53,732 bases of DNA from Macrostomum lignano (taxonomy: Eukaryota), in contig NIVC01002780.1 of the NCBI GenBank assembly GCA_002269645.1, positions 1 through 53,732 on the forward strand, written 5' to 3'. Positions 23,661 to 37,011 of this stretch are shown here, in pieces. The notes beneath the pieces are model-generated. The model did no database searches and was not told the DNA's origin. It saw nothing but the letters and a program-made list of their open reading frames with translations. Position 1 is the stretch's first letter; every line of letters begins with the position of its first letter. A program made the position numbers and the translations under genes.

Positions 23661-24436
23661 ATTCATAAGCGACATCTATCATGAGCAATTGTTTGCTACT
23701 TGGAATCCATCCAAAAGCAAATTGTAGGAAAATTGAAGCCGTAAAAAGAATGACAAAAAAGGAAACCGAAAATGCAGTACGCAGCCTAGAATAGCATGGC
23801 TGCAAGAGATAACAAATCGATGAAGAAGCATTCAATGAAAGCATTAAATAAGGGGATTTCGATCCTCTAAATTTGCTAGCAGATACAAATACAAAAGCAG
23901 TAGCAGACTCCAGCTTCTCCCCCATCAATATTCATGCTCTCAATAAACGCCGGGACCGCAGGCAGTTTGAGTCAAATGAATTAATTAGTAGAGTACTCTC
24001 TATCGCACTGAGTCCGACCAAGCAACGCGATGCGGCTGAGTCCCGAATGCAAGACAAGCTGCATGAGCACGGCACTCAAAAACTAACTGGTGACAGGCAA
24101 GGTGTGAAAAGGTAAACTATTAGGTACAGTTTAGATTCTCCTAGATACGTAGAAGGCGTGAATGCTATGGAAGAGTGAATCTGCAGCAAGTTGAGCATTA
24201 ATTTCTGAGCTGCTCAAATGCGACCTGGCAACCAGACTAATATATGAGTACAATAATGATAATGAAGATTTTGAAGCTGGCAAGCCTCACTTAATGCCAG
24301 ATCTTGATCAACTAACTAAACAGAATCTAACAAGATAAACTGTTTAAAAAAACTCTACTTGTGAATGAATAATAATGCTAGACTATTTATTTTTTACCTC
24401 AAGTGCCAGATAAAAAATTCAGCTCATAAGACAGAG

Positions 24437-24595
24437 GAGAGGTAAGAGAAGAGAAGAGAGGAGAGAAGAGAAGGGAGAGTTTTAAAGGGAGAGAAAAAGA
24501 GAGGGAAGAGAAGCAGGGAGGGGAGAGAGGAGAGAGAGTAGAGTGAGAGGAGAGAAGAAGGGAGAGAATTGAGAGAGAAAAGAAAAGAACTGAGA
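24437..24595. repeat. Purine-rich (GA) low-complexity tract
   Basis: Almost exclusively A and G on the + strand. Confidence 0.8.
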
Positions 24596-25276
24596 AGTAT
24601 ATAATACGATGCAGTATTGGCTACTAACAGTAGGCAATCAAAACCTCATAAGTATAAACAATGAAAATAATAACTATCGCATTCTAATATACCAAGCTGA
24701 CTACTGAACAGCAGTAGTGTGTAGGCCTAGCTAGTCTAGATCTAGGATCTGCACCCAGACCACCAATTAGCACACATTCCAGCCCATCAAATAAGCTTAG
24801 CTTAGCCTCCTGCCCCCCCCTTGGTGACTAATCAGTTATGAGTAACAGGATTCTGGAAACACCCAGTTGATGAAGCTGCGATGACAGGTTAGCGTAGTTG
24901 CTAGGCAGCTATCTTTTTCAACTTAACTTATTAAAAAAAACTGAAAAACCGAAAGCAAAAAAGCGAAAACTGAAAAGCGAACGTTCAATCCTATTTTGCA
25001 AAAATCCCGACACAGGATAAACAAATCCAGATTTAAATGATATACCAGTTAAAACAAATGATTAGAATATACCAAATTAGGATAAGTTTGAAGGACTAAA
25101 AACTACCACCATAACTTACTGAACTCTTTGGCATAACGGGATTTGCTTCTCCAGTTACCTTTTGCGATATCTGGTTTCCTCATTTATAAATAATTGACAC
25201 GATGGATATCGCGCCGACGGTCAACTATGCTCCTGTCTGCATTGTTATCTGCATGTTAAATCCATTTTCACTCATA

Positions 25277-27779
25277 TACCTGTCTGCTTATCTACCTGTA
25301 TGCTTATCTACCTGTCTGCTTATCTACCTGTCTGCTTATCTACCTGTCTGCTTATCTACCTGTCTGCTTATCTACCTGTATGCTTATCTACCTGTATGCT
25401 TATCTACCTGTATGCTTATCTACCTGTATGCTTATCTACCTGTATGCTTATCTACCTGTATGCTTATCTACCTGTATGCTTATCTACCTGTCTGCTTATC
25501 TACCTGTATGCTTATCTACCTGTCTGCTTATCTACCTGTCTGCTTATCTACCTGTCTGCTTATCTACCTGTCTGCTTATCTACCTGTTTGCTTATCTACC
25601 TGTTTGCTTATCTACCTGTATGCTTATCTACCTGTCTGCTTATCTGCCTGTATGCTTATCTACCTGTATGCTTATCTACCTGTATGCTTATCTACCCATT
25701 TGCTTATCTACCTGTCTGCTTATCTACCTGTCTGCTTATCTACCTGTTTGCTTATCTACCTGTTTGCTTATCTACCTGTCTGCTTATCTACCTGTCTCTT
25801 ATCTACCTGTATGCTTATCTACCTGTATGCTTATCTACCTGTATGCTTATCTACCTGTCTGCTTATCTACCTGTATGCTTATCTACCTGTCTGCTTATCT
25901 ACCTGTCTGCTTATCTACCTGTCTGCTTATCTACCTGTATGCTTATCTACCTGTTTGCTTATCTACCTGTCTGCTTATCTACCTGTCTGCTTATCTACCT
26001 GTCTGCTTATCTACCTGTATGCTTATCTACCTGTCTGCTTATCTACCTGTATGCTTATCTACCTGTCTGCTTATCTACCTGTCTGCTTATCTACCTGTAT
26101 GCTTATCTACCTGTATGCTTATCTACCTGTCTGCTTATCTACCTGTCTGCTTATCTACCTGTATGCTTATCTACCTGTCTGCTTATCTACCTGTCTGCTT
26201 ATCTACCTGTCTGCTTATCTACCTGTATGCTTATCTACCTGTATGCTTATCTACCTGTCTGCTTATCTACCTGTATGCTTATCTACCTGTATGCTTATCT
26301 ACCTGTCTGCTTATCTACCTGTCTGCTTATCTACCTGTATGCTTATCTACCTGTCTGCTTATCTACCTGTATGCTCATCTACCTGTCTGCTTGTCTACCT
26401 GTCTGCTTATCTACCTGTCTGCTTATCTACCTGTCTGCTTATCTACCTGTCTGCTTATCTACCTGTTTGCTTATCTACCTGTATGCTTATCTACCTGTCT
26501 GCTTATCTACCTGTATGCTTATCTACCTGTATGCTTATCTACCTGTATGCTTATCTACCCGTTTGCTTATCTACCTGTCTGCTTATCTACCTGTCTGCTT
26601 ATCTACCTGTTTGCTTATCTACCTGTTTGCTTATCTACCTGTCTGCTTATCTACCTGTCTCTTATCTACCTGTCTGCTTATCTACCTGTATGCTTATCTA
26701 CCTGTCTGCTTATCTACCTGTCTGCTTATCTACCTGTCTGCTTATCTACCTGTCTGCTTATCTACCTGTCTGCTTATCTACCTGTCTGCTTATCTACCTG
26801 TCTGCTTATCTACCTGTATGCTTATCTACCTGTCTGCTTATCTACCTGTCTGCTTATCTACCTGTATGCTTATCTACCTGTCTGCTTATCTACCTGTATG
26901 CTTATCTACCTGTCTGCTTATCTACCTGTCTGCTTATCTACCTGTCTGCTTATCTACCTGTATGCTTATCTACCTGTTTGCTTATCTACCTGTCTGCTTA
27001 TCTACCTGTATGCTTATCTACCTGTCTGCTTATCTACCTGTATGCTTATCTACCTGTCTGCTTATCTACCTGTATGCTTATCTACCTGTCTGCTTATCTA
27101 CCTGTCTGCTTATCTACCTGTATGCTTATCTACCTGTCTGCTTATCTACCTGTATGCTTATCTACCTGTCTGCTTATCTACCTGTCTGCTTATCTACCTG
27201 TATGCTTATCTACCTGTCTGCTTATCTACCTGTATGCTTATCTACCTGTCTGCTTATCTACCTGTCTGCTTATCTACCTGTATGCTTATCTACCTGTCTG
27301 CTTATCTACCTGTATGCTTATCTACCTGTCTGCTTATCTACCTGTATGCTTATCTATCTGTTTGCTTATCTACCTGTCTCTTATCTACCTGTCTGTTTAT
27401 CCATCTGTCTGCTTATCTACCTGTCTGCTTATCTACCTGTCTGCTTATCTATCTGTTTGCCTATCTACCTGTCTCTTATCTACCTGTATCCCTATCTACC
27501 TGTTTGCTTATCTACCTGTCTGCTTATCTACCTGTATGCTTATCTACCTGTCTGCTTATCTACCTGTATGCTTATCTACCTGTCTGCTTATCTACCTGTA
27601 TGCTTATCTATCTGTTTGCTTATCTACCTGTCTCTTATCTACCTGTCTGCTTATCCATCTGTCTGCTTATCTACCTGTCTGCTTATCTACCTGTCTGCTT
27701 ATCTATCTGTTTGCCTATCTACCTGTCTCTTATCTACCTGTATGCCTATCTACCTGTTTGCTTATCTACCTGTCTGCAT
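25277..27779. repeat. Minisatellite, 16-bp unit CTACCTGT(C/A/T)TGCTTAT, ~2.5 kb
   Basis: About 155 copies; the unit is stop-free on the + strand, producing the three 800-900 aa artefactual ORFs. Confidence 0.98.
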
Positions 27780-28659
27780 ATCCACCCATCCCAATGCTCT
27801 CCCATCTCAAAAGCTGAGCTCGCATCGCAGTCAAGAAATTATTCTGTATGACGTCGTTTATTCCACACCTCTGCACCTGTCCGCTAATTATCACCCCTCT
27901 GTTTTCTCATTATTAATTCTCTACATTTTGCCTTCACAAACTATAATCCATGAACCCCGTCCCCCCTATTATCTTTACAGTCAATTGATCTCTGTAACCC
28001 CTTTATCCGACTCGCCCTAATGAAGCGACCCAACCAGTGCTCAGATTAAAGGGCGCAAAATACATGCCGGATGCCGGCAACAAAGCCTTCTTTAGTGCAT
28101 GACAACGCCCATGTGCCGACCAGAGAGCAAAGGAAACAACTCGACAGACACATTAACAGGTGCTTTTTAACTGCTCGCCTGTCTCTATGCCTCTGTTCCC
28201 CTGTCATCGCCAGCTGCCTCTCCTGTGTGCTCTGCCGCAGGTAAATAATCAATAATACGCTGGATGGAAACGCAAACGAGGATTCGATCGGATCGCGGAA
28301 CCCGAGTGCTCCTGAACTAAGGAGACGCAGCCCCGCCCCCGGAGCTGGTAAACTGGAGGGGGAGAGGGAATTTCAATGTGCAGAAGGCGGAAAGCAGATG
28401 AGAGGATCTTCCTGCTGTCAATTTTCTGTTCTAGCGTTATTTTCTAAACTTAAAAAATGATTGCGTCAGAGAGCGGAACTTCCGTTGTCAGGGGCAACTA
28501 TCTATCTCTTTCTTCACAGTCTGTTGCGCAATGGCTAAGACGACAAGATTTCTGGCGTGGGGAGACCGATTCTCCCCACGGAGACCGAGTCAACGTAATT
28601 AGATAAAATTGCTTCTTAACGCCAGAAACCCGGTATTGAAAATTGAAACGGAAAGAAAG

Positions 28660-29320
28660 AAGGAAGAAGTGAATGACAGAGGGAGATAACGGAAGGGAGA
28701 TGACAGAAAGGAGATGGAAAATAGGAGTTGGGAGAAGGGAGATAAAAGATGTGAGATCAAGAAGAAAGACAAGAGAAATGAGATAAGAGACAAAATGAGA
28801 GAAGAGAGATGATGAAGGGAGACGAGACTAGGGAGAGGGGAGAAGAGATACGAGAGAAGACAGCCGAGAGAAGAGAGACGAGAGGGGGGAGACGAGAGAA
28901 GACAGCCGAGAGAAGAGAGACGAGAGGGGGGAGACGAGAGAAGAGAGACGAGAAGACGAGAGACGAAAGGAGAGAGACGAGAGGAGAGAGACGGGAGGAG
29001 AGAGACGAGAGGAGAGAGACGGGAGGAGAGAGACGAGGAGAGAAACGAGAGAAGAGAGATGAAGAAGGGAGATGAGAGAAGAGAGACGAGAGGAGAGAGA
29101 CGAGAGGAGAGAGACGAGAGGAGAGAGACAAGAGAATAGAGACGAGAGGAGAAAGATGAAGAAGTGAGACGAGAGAAGAGAGACGAGATGAGAGAGACGA
29201 GGGGAAAGGGACGAGAGGAGAGAAACGAGAGAAGAGAGATGAGAGAAGACAGACGAGAGAAGACAGAAAAGAGAAGACAGACAAGAGAAGAGAGACGAGA
29301 GACGAGAGAAGGGAGACGAG
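28660..29320. repeat. Purine-rich degenerate repeat (GAGACGAGAGGAGA-like)
   Basis: Low-complexity A/G tract with a recurring GAGACGAG motif. Confidence 0.85.
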
Positions 29321-29907
29321 AGTAGGTTGTATAAAGATCGTAAGCAGGTACAAAAAGCAAAGCCACAAACTCACAAGGCAGAGTGCAAATATGCCATCTT
29401 CCTAAATCGGCGAAAAGAGAATAAAAAAGGGGCGGCAACTCGGGGAGGGGGGCGCGTGGCCGAATTTTCAACAAAACCGCGGTCGGGCCGGACGGACGAA
29501 AAAAATAATAGACAGAAGCGAGACTGACGGGATGGGCGAGATTTGGAGGCGGACAGGGAGAAAGCGGAGAACGGAAGAGAATGATTAAATGCTCCGCTAT
29601 CAGAAGGGAATTAGGAGGCTGAGCCGGCAGAAAGTTGGTCGCTAAGGTCTGAAATCGCACGCTCTAGAATCTGAAGGACCGTCAGTCTTTGCAGGAAAGA
29701 TTAGAATTGCGCTCAGCCCTTGAGTCTCTTGAGGGGATGGAGTTCTCTGTGCTCTGGCAATCTATTTTTTACCCTTCCAAAACCAAGAAACTTTAAAAAA
29801 CTGCGTCGAGTCGGTGCATAAAAATTGGGCCAAAATAGCTATGATGCTCGCATGGGCTGGTCTCACTCCTGTCTGAGATTCTGGCTACCTTTGCTCATTT
29901 AGTCAGA

Positions 29908-30915
<1,008 letters not shown>

Positions 30916-31679
30916 TTGCAACCGGCCTGCACGCAGGTGTTACGCAACAAAATCACTGGCAGCTACGCAGCTCAGGCGAGGTCAGCTAGCTGGGCACTAA
31001 TCCAGGCTACAAAGCCGCTCCCATCCGTGTCTGCATAGCGCAGCTAGGCCTTGAGTCAAGCCGGCCCCACCCCAGCAATCCCACGCCAGAGCCCGGTGCT
31101 AAACGGCTACGAGGGGGGGGGGGAATATGAGAAATAATTGCCGCAGCCCCACTGCAGAGCTGGGCATGTCAGACTGTCAGTCGGATTGGCATAATCTGGC
31201 ATGGGACACGATTTTGCCTAGCATAAAAGCCAAGTAGAAGCCGATTGAGAAAAATATTCGCTAAAAACTTTGCAAATTATGAGTGAGTCAAAATCGCAGT
31301 CAAAATGCGAATTGCGAAAACAACATGAACTGCTGCAGATTAAAACAAAAGTAGTTAATGGCTTTTTAAATTAGAGGTAAAAAGTAATAGAAGCAGACGG
31401 ATTGCATGGCTTCCGAAAATCAATCAACTAAAAGTTAATTATCGAATCCCTATAGCCGATTACTTCGATAAGATTATTGAAGTTGCTACGAAATGATCGA
31501 AGCTCAAAAAGCTGAATGATCGAAATGACCGAAACTCAAGGAAGCCTTAGAAAACTAAGGCTTCCTTGAACTGTACAGTATAAAATCTATAGGTATATAG
31601 TCTACTATTGACTATAATTAACCAGTGGTTAAGCAGCTGAGACAAATAAAGGAGACGGAAACAGGAGAGTGCAGAACCG

Positions 31680-32010
31680 AGAGCAGAGGCGAAGAGAGGA
31701 GAGGAGAGGAGAGGGGAGAAAAAATAGATGGGAGATGAGAGGAGATGAATGGAGAGAAGAAGAGAGGATAGGAGAGCATACTCGTAGGAGGGGAGAGAAG
31801 AGAAAAGGAGAGGTGAGATGAGAGGAGAGAAGAAGAGAGGATAGGAGAGGTGAGAGGAGAGGTGAGACAGCATAAACGACGTTTTCAGCAGGGACGCACG
31901 CCTCATCTGCCGCTACCTGCGCAGTGTGGGCCGCACGGACCCGCATATTGATGATCCTGGCGGGCCGACGGCCCCTGCCCCCTTGCCCGCGGGCGAGGAC
32001 AGGTGGGAGT

Positions 32011-32071
<61 letters not shown>

Positions 32072-32080
32072 AAGAGGGAA

Positions 32081-32165
<85 letters not shown>

Positions 32166-32500
32166 GTGAGAGGAGAGGTGAGATGAAATGAGAGGAGAAT
32201 AGAGTAGAGTAGAGTAGAGGAGAGGAGAGGAGAGGAGAGGAGAGGAGAGGAGAGAAGAGGAGAAATGAGATGAAATGAGATTAGATTAGATGAAAGGAGA
32301 TGAGAGAACAGAGGAAAGGACTGGAGAAAAGAGGAGAGAAGAGATTAGATCAGATTAGATGAGAGGAGAGAAGGAAAGAGGAGAGGAGAGATTAGATTAG
32401 ATTGGATGAGAGGAGAGAAGAGAAGAGAAGAGAAGAGAAGAGAAGAGAAGAGGAGGGATGAGATTAGATTAGATTAGATGAGAAGAGGAGCGGAGAGAAG
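31680..32500. repeat. Purine-rich region including (GA)n at ~32013-32164 and (GAGAG)n/(AGATT)n/(AGAAG)n tracts
   Basis: Directly visible; a GC-rich unique stretch at ~31870-32010 interrupts it. Confidence 0.85.
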
Positions 32501-34631
32501 AGGTGACCAGCATCGGCTGAGAAAAATGGGCATGAAACGCAGTAGTTTGGATCGGGTGGGTGGCAGACCACACGGGCAGCGATGAAGAGCTGAGAGGACT
32601 GGCAGAGCTGGGGGGCCCAGATAGCAGACAGAATTCGCATCGTCCAGTTTGGCGCCCCAGATTCGGGCGAGGTCGTAAATAAAAATTGTAAAAAATGAAG
32701 AATCGTCACGCCCGCTGTGTTGCAGGCTTAGAGAGTTGTAAAGTCTCGCGGTCTGTCATTAGGGTCAAGAGCTAGCGGATTCGGTTGGATGGGATTAATA
32801 AGCGAGATTGGGTAGTTAGTGTGCGCGAAATAAAACTTGAATCAGAGATGAAACGCACACAGCTCAGAGAGGCTGGACAGCATCCATCATCAGACATCGG
32901 GAGAGAAGCAGTTGGAGTCATTCAGTGTTCAACTAAAAAAGGCCAGTTCACATTGCTCGGGATCAAGATTGCTCAAATCAATGTTAGAGTTTGTTCGGAC
33001 CAATTTTCAAATTGGTTTGAGCAATCTTGATGCCGCAGAACTATGAGGTACTTATTACTGTCTATGAGCGCAGCTGGCTAGCAACTCACCGTCAGAGGTT
33101 GAGCATGTGGCGGATTTCAGATCAATTTGGCGCTGTCGAGCTGTTGAGCGGTAAAATCTGCAATTAAAAAGGGCAAAAGAGTACTATGATATTCATGTTG
33201 AACTTTCATAGAAAATATAGACTTGTTCCTAGCCAACATTGAGCCTCATCCGGTCATTGAGAGTTTCTTAGAAATTTACTTAGCCTTGGGAGGGTCGCCT
33301 TAAGAATTCTAGCGAAAAGGGCGAGGGCGAGAGGGCTACAGGAATATCTGCGGAGAGGCAAAGCACGAATTGCAAAGGAACGTGGGGGTCGAATATTAGA
33401 GAAACTTCCAGGCAGGAAGTTAAACTGTAGCAAACTACAGTAAGCCTAAGAGTTTTGTCCAAGCAGTCTGGCTTTACATTCTCTCTCTCTTTCTCTCTTT
33501 GAATCCCTGGGTCCTCGCTTCAACCCCCTTGCCCCCTAATTCCATTGCAGCATTTTTCACTGTTTTCATCTTCGGCAACAGAGATGCTGCAACAGCGGCA
33601 GCAACAGTCAGCAGCGGATTTACTGTGCCCCCCCCTACCAGATGTTTGCGCTTGGGAGGAGTGGGACGAGTGAGGCCGATGGGGGTCCATTCGCTGAAGC
33701 TGTCCCGATCCGGAGGCCTTCAAACGACACACACATACACACACAGGCATTCCAATACATGCGAGGCAACACGGGGGCTTATTTTTGAAGAAGAGACATC
33801 GCTCGGATAGAGACAGACAGGTCGCAGCAGGCAGGAGTTGACGTTTCAGCTAGAGCGAGGAGAGGGGGGGGCGCCACTAAAGGGGGCCACGCGAGCGCGC
33901 ACACAAAAGAAGAGGGATTTCAATATGGTAAAGCAAAAGAAAGCTGTCGTTAAGCTGCACACAGTGTGCGCTGGGTGTGTTGCCTCTGTCTTGACAGCTG
34001 ACAAAAATGCCATTCAGGCTCTCGCTGTACGCTTGCCTCATCCTTCGGTCTAACTGTCTTTATCTGTAGGCTTTTAGTATTGTAGAATATTGTATACGGA
34101 CACCATCATCTGACTCCTTTTAAAGCTTCTATGAGCTCGCATTTTTCTTTTTTTCTTAAATACGCAGAATAGCAGAAACTCTCCCAAAATTAATGCGTAG
34201 ACACGTATGAGCAGAATAAAAGTATAAAAGCGGCAGAACGGACCCATAGTGAGTGAAAGTAAAAGTTTGAAAGTAGAAGTAGCCGGTTTAATTAGCTCTG
34301 TGCTTTAAGAAAGTGGGATGTACTGGTGAATAAACTTACTCTCAATAGAAGTATCCACAAAAGTTACTGGCTTTATTAAAAAATTATTACAAAACGTAAT
34401 GACGAACCTTTTATTCTCGAAATTTTAAACTGTGGACACATGTAAAACATGGTATGTGGATTTTTATTTACGTATAAAATACGCTAGACAATTAAACCCG
34501 CGAAAATGTTCGCTTTACAATATTTGATTTGATTGCCTCATCCACAGAGCAAAAAAATCGATGCGACCGATCTGACTAGATAATTAGCTTTCAAAGCACA
34601 TACACAACTGCAAGGAAAGATCAGTCGTCGC

Positions 34632-34666
34632 TGATTGGCTGGCTGCTTGCCGGCCAATATAAATAG
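34632..34666 (+). promoter_or_regulatory. Possible Pol II core promoter: inverted CCAAT pair plus TATAAATA
   Basis: ATTGG at 34634, CCAAT at 34654 and TATAAATA at 34658. Motif match only. Confidence 0.2.
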
Positions 34667-35644
34667 AGGGGGAAATCGACTTAGAAGGTTATTCAAGGCC
34701 GGGGGTAGAGAAATCTTCGCCAGGCACAGAGAGGATTGGGGTGGGTGTCAATGTACACTATAATTTTTCGTCCCTTTCATGGGTTTGATGTTAGCCAATT
34801 AGAGGAGCTGTTGCCTGAGAGGAAAATCTAATTTAACTACGAACTAACTACGTTGTCTCCATTAAAATGAAACATAACAAGTATTATGCAATATCACTTC
34901 CATTGTCACAAGTCTTTATTATAAAAACTTTCTTTGAGGAGAACTCAATTTTACACCAAAAATGTTCTCATCATTAGTGTAGTAGTTCCGAAATAAAATA
35001 TTGCTGTCCTATTATGGGAGAAGTAAGCTTATTACTATCATCATGGGCCTTGGCTATCTGCCTGTCAGCCAGTCAGCACTGCCACTTGCACTAGCATTGG
35101 CTGGCAATCTACGAAAATGCAATTAAAGCAATAATCGCATAAATTATTTACTTGCTCGGGATGGAGGCAACTACGCCTCAGACTCGTCTCCTCCCCCTCG
35201 GCAACTGGCGACTCGGAATTCGCCTCAGCTGAACTCCCATTTTCTCCCAAGCCTATGCGGTCCAATATTTCCTTCTAGTAGTCTGACAAGCTGCAGCTGA
35301 GACAGCAATTTTCTTGCCGCTAGCTCCCTTTAGACTTCAAATGTTAGCCTGATCACACACGCGGAGATAAGCACTAAAGCATGCACTAGCTACTCAGAGA
35401 CTAGGAAATAAAGATAGTTAATGGAGATAGATAGGAAGGAAGAAGAACTGTCGCATGCTAAAATCTGCAATTTCACAAATACTCCTCGTACGTAAACATG
35501 AATCACAGGCATGCGAGAGGAGATGGTTAACAAAGAAAGTTAAAATCAGTGGCAGAACTTAAATATCTGTATATGAAAGAGAGGCAACTAGCATCTAGGA
35601 TAAATTTAGTAAACAGAAAAACATTCAACCAAGCATGGAAGTTG

Positions 35645-36398
35645 AATATTCGCTAACCATAGACAGTTGAACATTCAGCCAACCATAGACAGTTGAACAT
35701 TCAGCCAACCATAGACAGTTAAACATTCAGCCAACCATAGACAGTTAAACATTCAGCCAACCATAGACAGTTAAACATTCAGCCAACCATAGACAGTTAA
35801 ACATTCAGCCAACCATAGACAGTTAAACATTCAGCCAACCATTGACAGTTAAACATTCAGCCAACCATAGACAGTTAAACATTCAGCCAACCATAGACAG
35901 TTAAACATTCAGCCAACCATAGACAGTTGAACATTCAGCCAACCATAGACAGTTAAACATTCAGCCAACCATAGACAGTTGAACATTCAGCCAACCATAG
36001 ACAGTTAAACATTCAGCCAACCATAGACAGTTAAACATTCAGCCAACCATAGACAGTTGAACATTCAGCCAACCATAGACAGTTAAACATTCAGCCAACC
36101 ATAGACAGTCGAACATTCAGCCAACCATAGACAGTTAAACATTCAGCCAACCATTGACAGTTAAACATTCAGCCAACCATAGACAGTTAAACATTCAGCC
36201 AACCATAGACAGTTAAACATTCAGCCAACCATAGACAGTCGAACATTCAGCCAACCATAGACAGTCGAACATTCAGCCAACCATAGACAGTTGAACATTC
36301 AGCCAACCATAGACAGTTGAACATTCAGCCAACCATAGACAATTGAACATTCAACGAACCATAGACGGTTGAAAATTCAGCCAACCATAGACAGTCGA
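35645..36398. repeat. Minisatellite, 26-bp unit AACATTCAGCCAACCATAGACAGT(T/C)(A/G)
   Basis: About 28 highly homogeneous copies; period confirmed between 35670 and 35696. Confidence 0.97.
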
Positions 36399-36814
36399 CC
36401 GTTGCACCGCCATTGCCTCGAAAACTAGATCTCGATGAGGATGTAGAGACAGCAAAGCAGACTAGAATAAAAGTGCATTCCATAAACATTGATGAAGAGT
36501 AAGTCGCTCAATCCACGAACTTGGAAATGACTTTGTCAATATGCAAATTGAAAACAGACCCATTCTCCCCCCCCCCACTTTGGTTATGCTATAGTGAAGT
36601 ATAGGGAGGGAAATGCTGCAGATGAAGAGCAGAGTGCGACGGGACAGCAATGCAATGGGATAATTACGACGAGAGGATGCTTATTGAGCCCGTCAATGCT
36701 GATGCAAGTGTCAAACAGACAGCTCAGCATTTTTAGCTGAATAAAACAGATGCACACAACGGATACGTATGGAGCTCGAGAACCTGATGAAGATACAGAA
36801 CATTACTAGATCGC

Positions 36815-37011
36815 AGATGGGTTGTGGGCGAAATCGACCCACAACTTGCGGTGAGATAATCCTGCTCATTCTGCTCGATCCTGAGCACATGCAAGCGCGC
36901 CAATACTGTACGCAGGCACACACTCATACACTAGCTCACACAGGGTGCACAGCGGCTCTTTGTGCCTTTCTAATCGTCAGGCATTGTACACTCTCTGTGA
37001 TCTGGGGTTGG
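36815..37011. repeat. Unclassified dispersed hairpin-containing repeat, copy 2
   Basis: Aligns by eye with 40205-40417 over about 200 bp (CACAAC..GCG, CTGC.CATTC.GC, CCTGAGCA..CAAGCGCGC..ATAC.GTACGCAG, terminal hairpin). Confidence 0.85.

Noticed and set aside
23699-24330. Protein-like + frame interrupted only by TAA/TAG up to 24115 (reassigned code or pseudogene idea), with a possible 33-nt intron at 24112-24144
   Set aside because: Four stops in about 139 codons is not far from chance, the K/E richness reflects A-rich DNA, no family is recognisable, and TGA stops follow.
25202-28020. Three 820-900 aa ORFs
   Set aside because: They are translations of a stop-free 16-bp tandem repeat, open in all three frames with 16-aa periodicity.
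29321-29333. 13-nt match to let-7 (AGTAGGTTGTATA); similar match near 49500
   Set aside because: The seed (GAGGTAG) is absent and there is no precursor hairpin.
36783-36845. CTGATGA...GAAA resembling a hammerhead ribozyme core
   Set aside because: Stem II cannot close between the motifs, and CTGATGA is not conserved in copy 3 of the same element.
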